DNA of 20,000 nucleotides from Perkinsus olseni (Eukaryota): NCBI GenBank assembly GCA_013115125.1, contig JABANN010000111.1, positions 50,172 to 70,171 of the forward strand, read 5' to 3'. Shown piece by piece: positions 19,456 to 20,000 of this stretch (position 1 is its first letter; each line of letters starts with the position of its first letter). The notes under the pieces were generated by a model. It saw only the letters and a program-made list of their open reading frames with translations, ran no database searches and was not told where the DNA came from. The position numbers and the translations under genes were made by a program.

Positions 19456-20000
19456 GAAGCCAAAGTTCGGCTGCTGAAAGGTGACTCACCGTTCCTCCTC
19501 TGATCGCTCTGACTGCTCAGCGTAGTCAGAGCTGCTGCTAACCAACGACGACAGTATTGAATGCGACGCTCAGACAACTGACGGTCGACCGATCAACGCT
19601 AACCGCCAACGATTCGAGCAGACGAGGTAGGTCGAGTCAGAAGGCCAACGTCGAAGAGAAAATTCGGGGAGCTTGCATCATGGTGCCAACCATTCGCTTC
19701 GAGGAGCGAGCGAGGACCTCTAGCAAAAGTATCCGAGGAATGAATTGGGTCCGAGCTGGTCGATAGGCGTTGAGGACGGGGACGTCCACAGTGTGAAGAT
19801 CCTCTACGGAGCTCGGAGTGTCCGGAAGACTTCAAGCTGGCCGGATGAAGTCGTTCTCCAAGGTCCCTATCACAAGAACGCTAGCACGGCAGCTGCTCGC
19901 TTTCGGAATAATTTGAAACTGTCAGTAAATATCTGAATCGTCAGTCAGACCGCACGAAGAATCTGGCGGGGTTTACGATCGTGGTATCCTCGACGAAGAG

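Noticed and set aside
19125-19577. 150-aa ORF as an RT or a gene
   Set aside because: It lies in a decayed dispersed repeat whose other copy has a stop in the same frame; the RT resemblance is too weak.
1-20000. Perkinsus/dinoflagellate spliced-leader sequence or relics
   Set aside because: No convincing CCGTAGCCAT..TGGCTCAAG match was seen by eye on either strand.

Overview
Eukaryotic, repeat-rich, gene-poor window; the style of its secreted proteins suggests the alveolate Perkinsus (inference only). It holds three intact, intron-less small secreted-protein genes (two near-identical paralogues at 1578-2027 and 15191-15649 on -, and one at 6512-6901 on +). These sit among decayed retroelements: a near full-length RTE-clade LINE (about 8131-11940, -) with two further 5' fragments, a tRNA-derived SINE with a target-site duplication inserted in it, and RT, RNase H and Gypsy-like remnants. 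There is also a probable Thg1 pseudogene fragment. The most striking signal is at least 21 exact (plus about 5 near-exact) 22-bp scars of one fixed geometry but unrelated sequence: for an 8-mer N1-N8, [N1-N7][reverse complement of N1-N8][N2-N8]. This is the product predicted when an 8-bp-TSD, flank-hairpin-forming transposon (hAT/MULE type) excises and the two opened hairpins anneal. None were found in the three intact genes, and paralogous copies inside the window show the empty sites.
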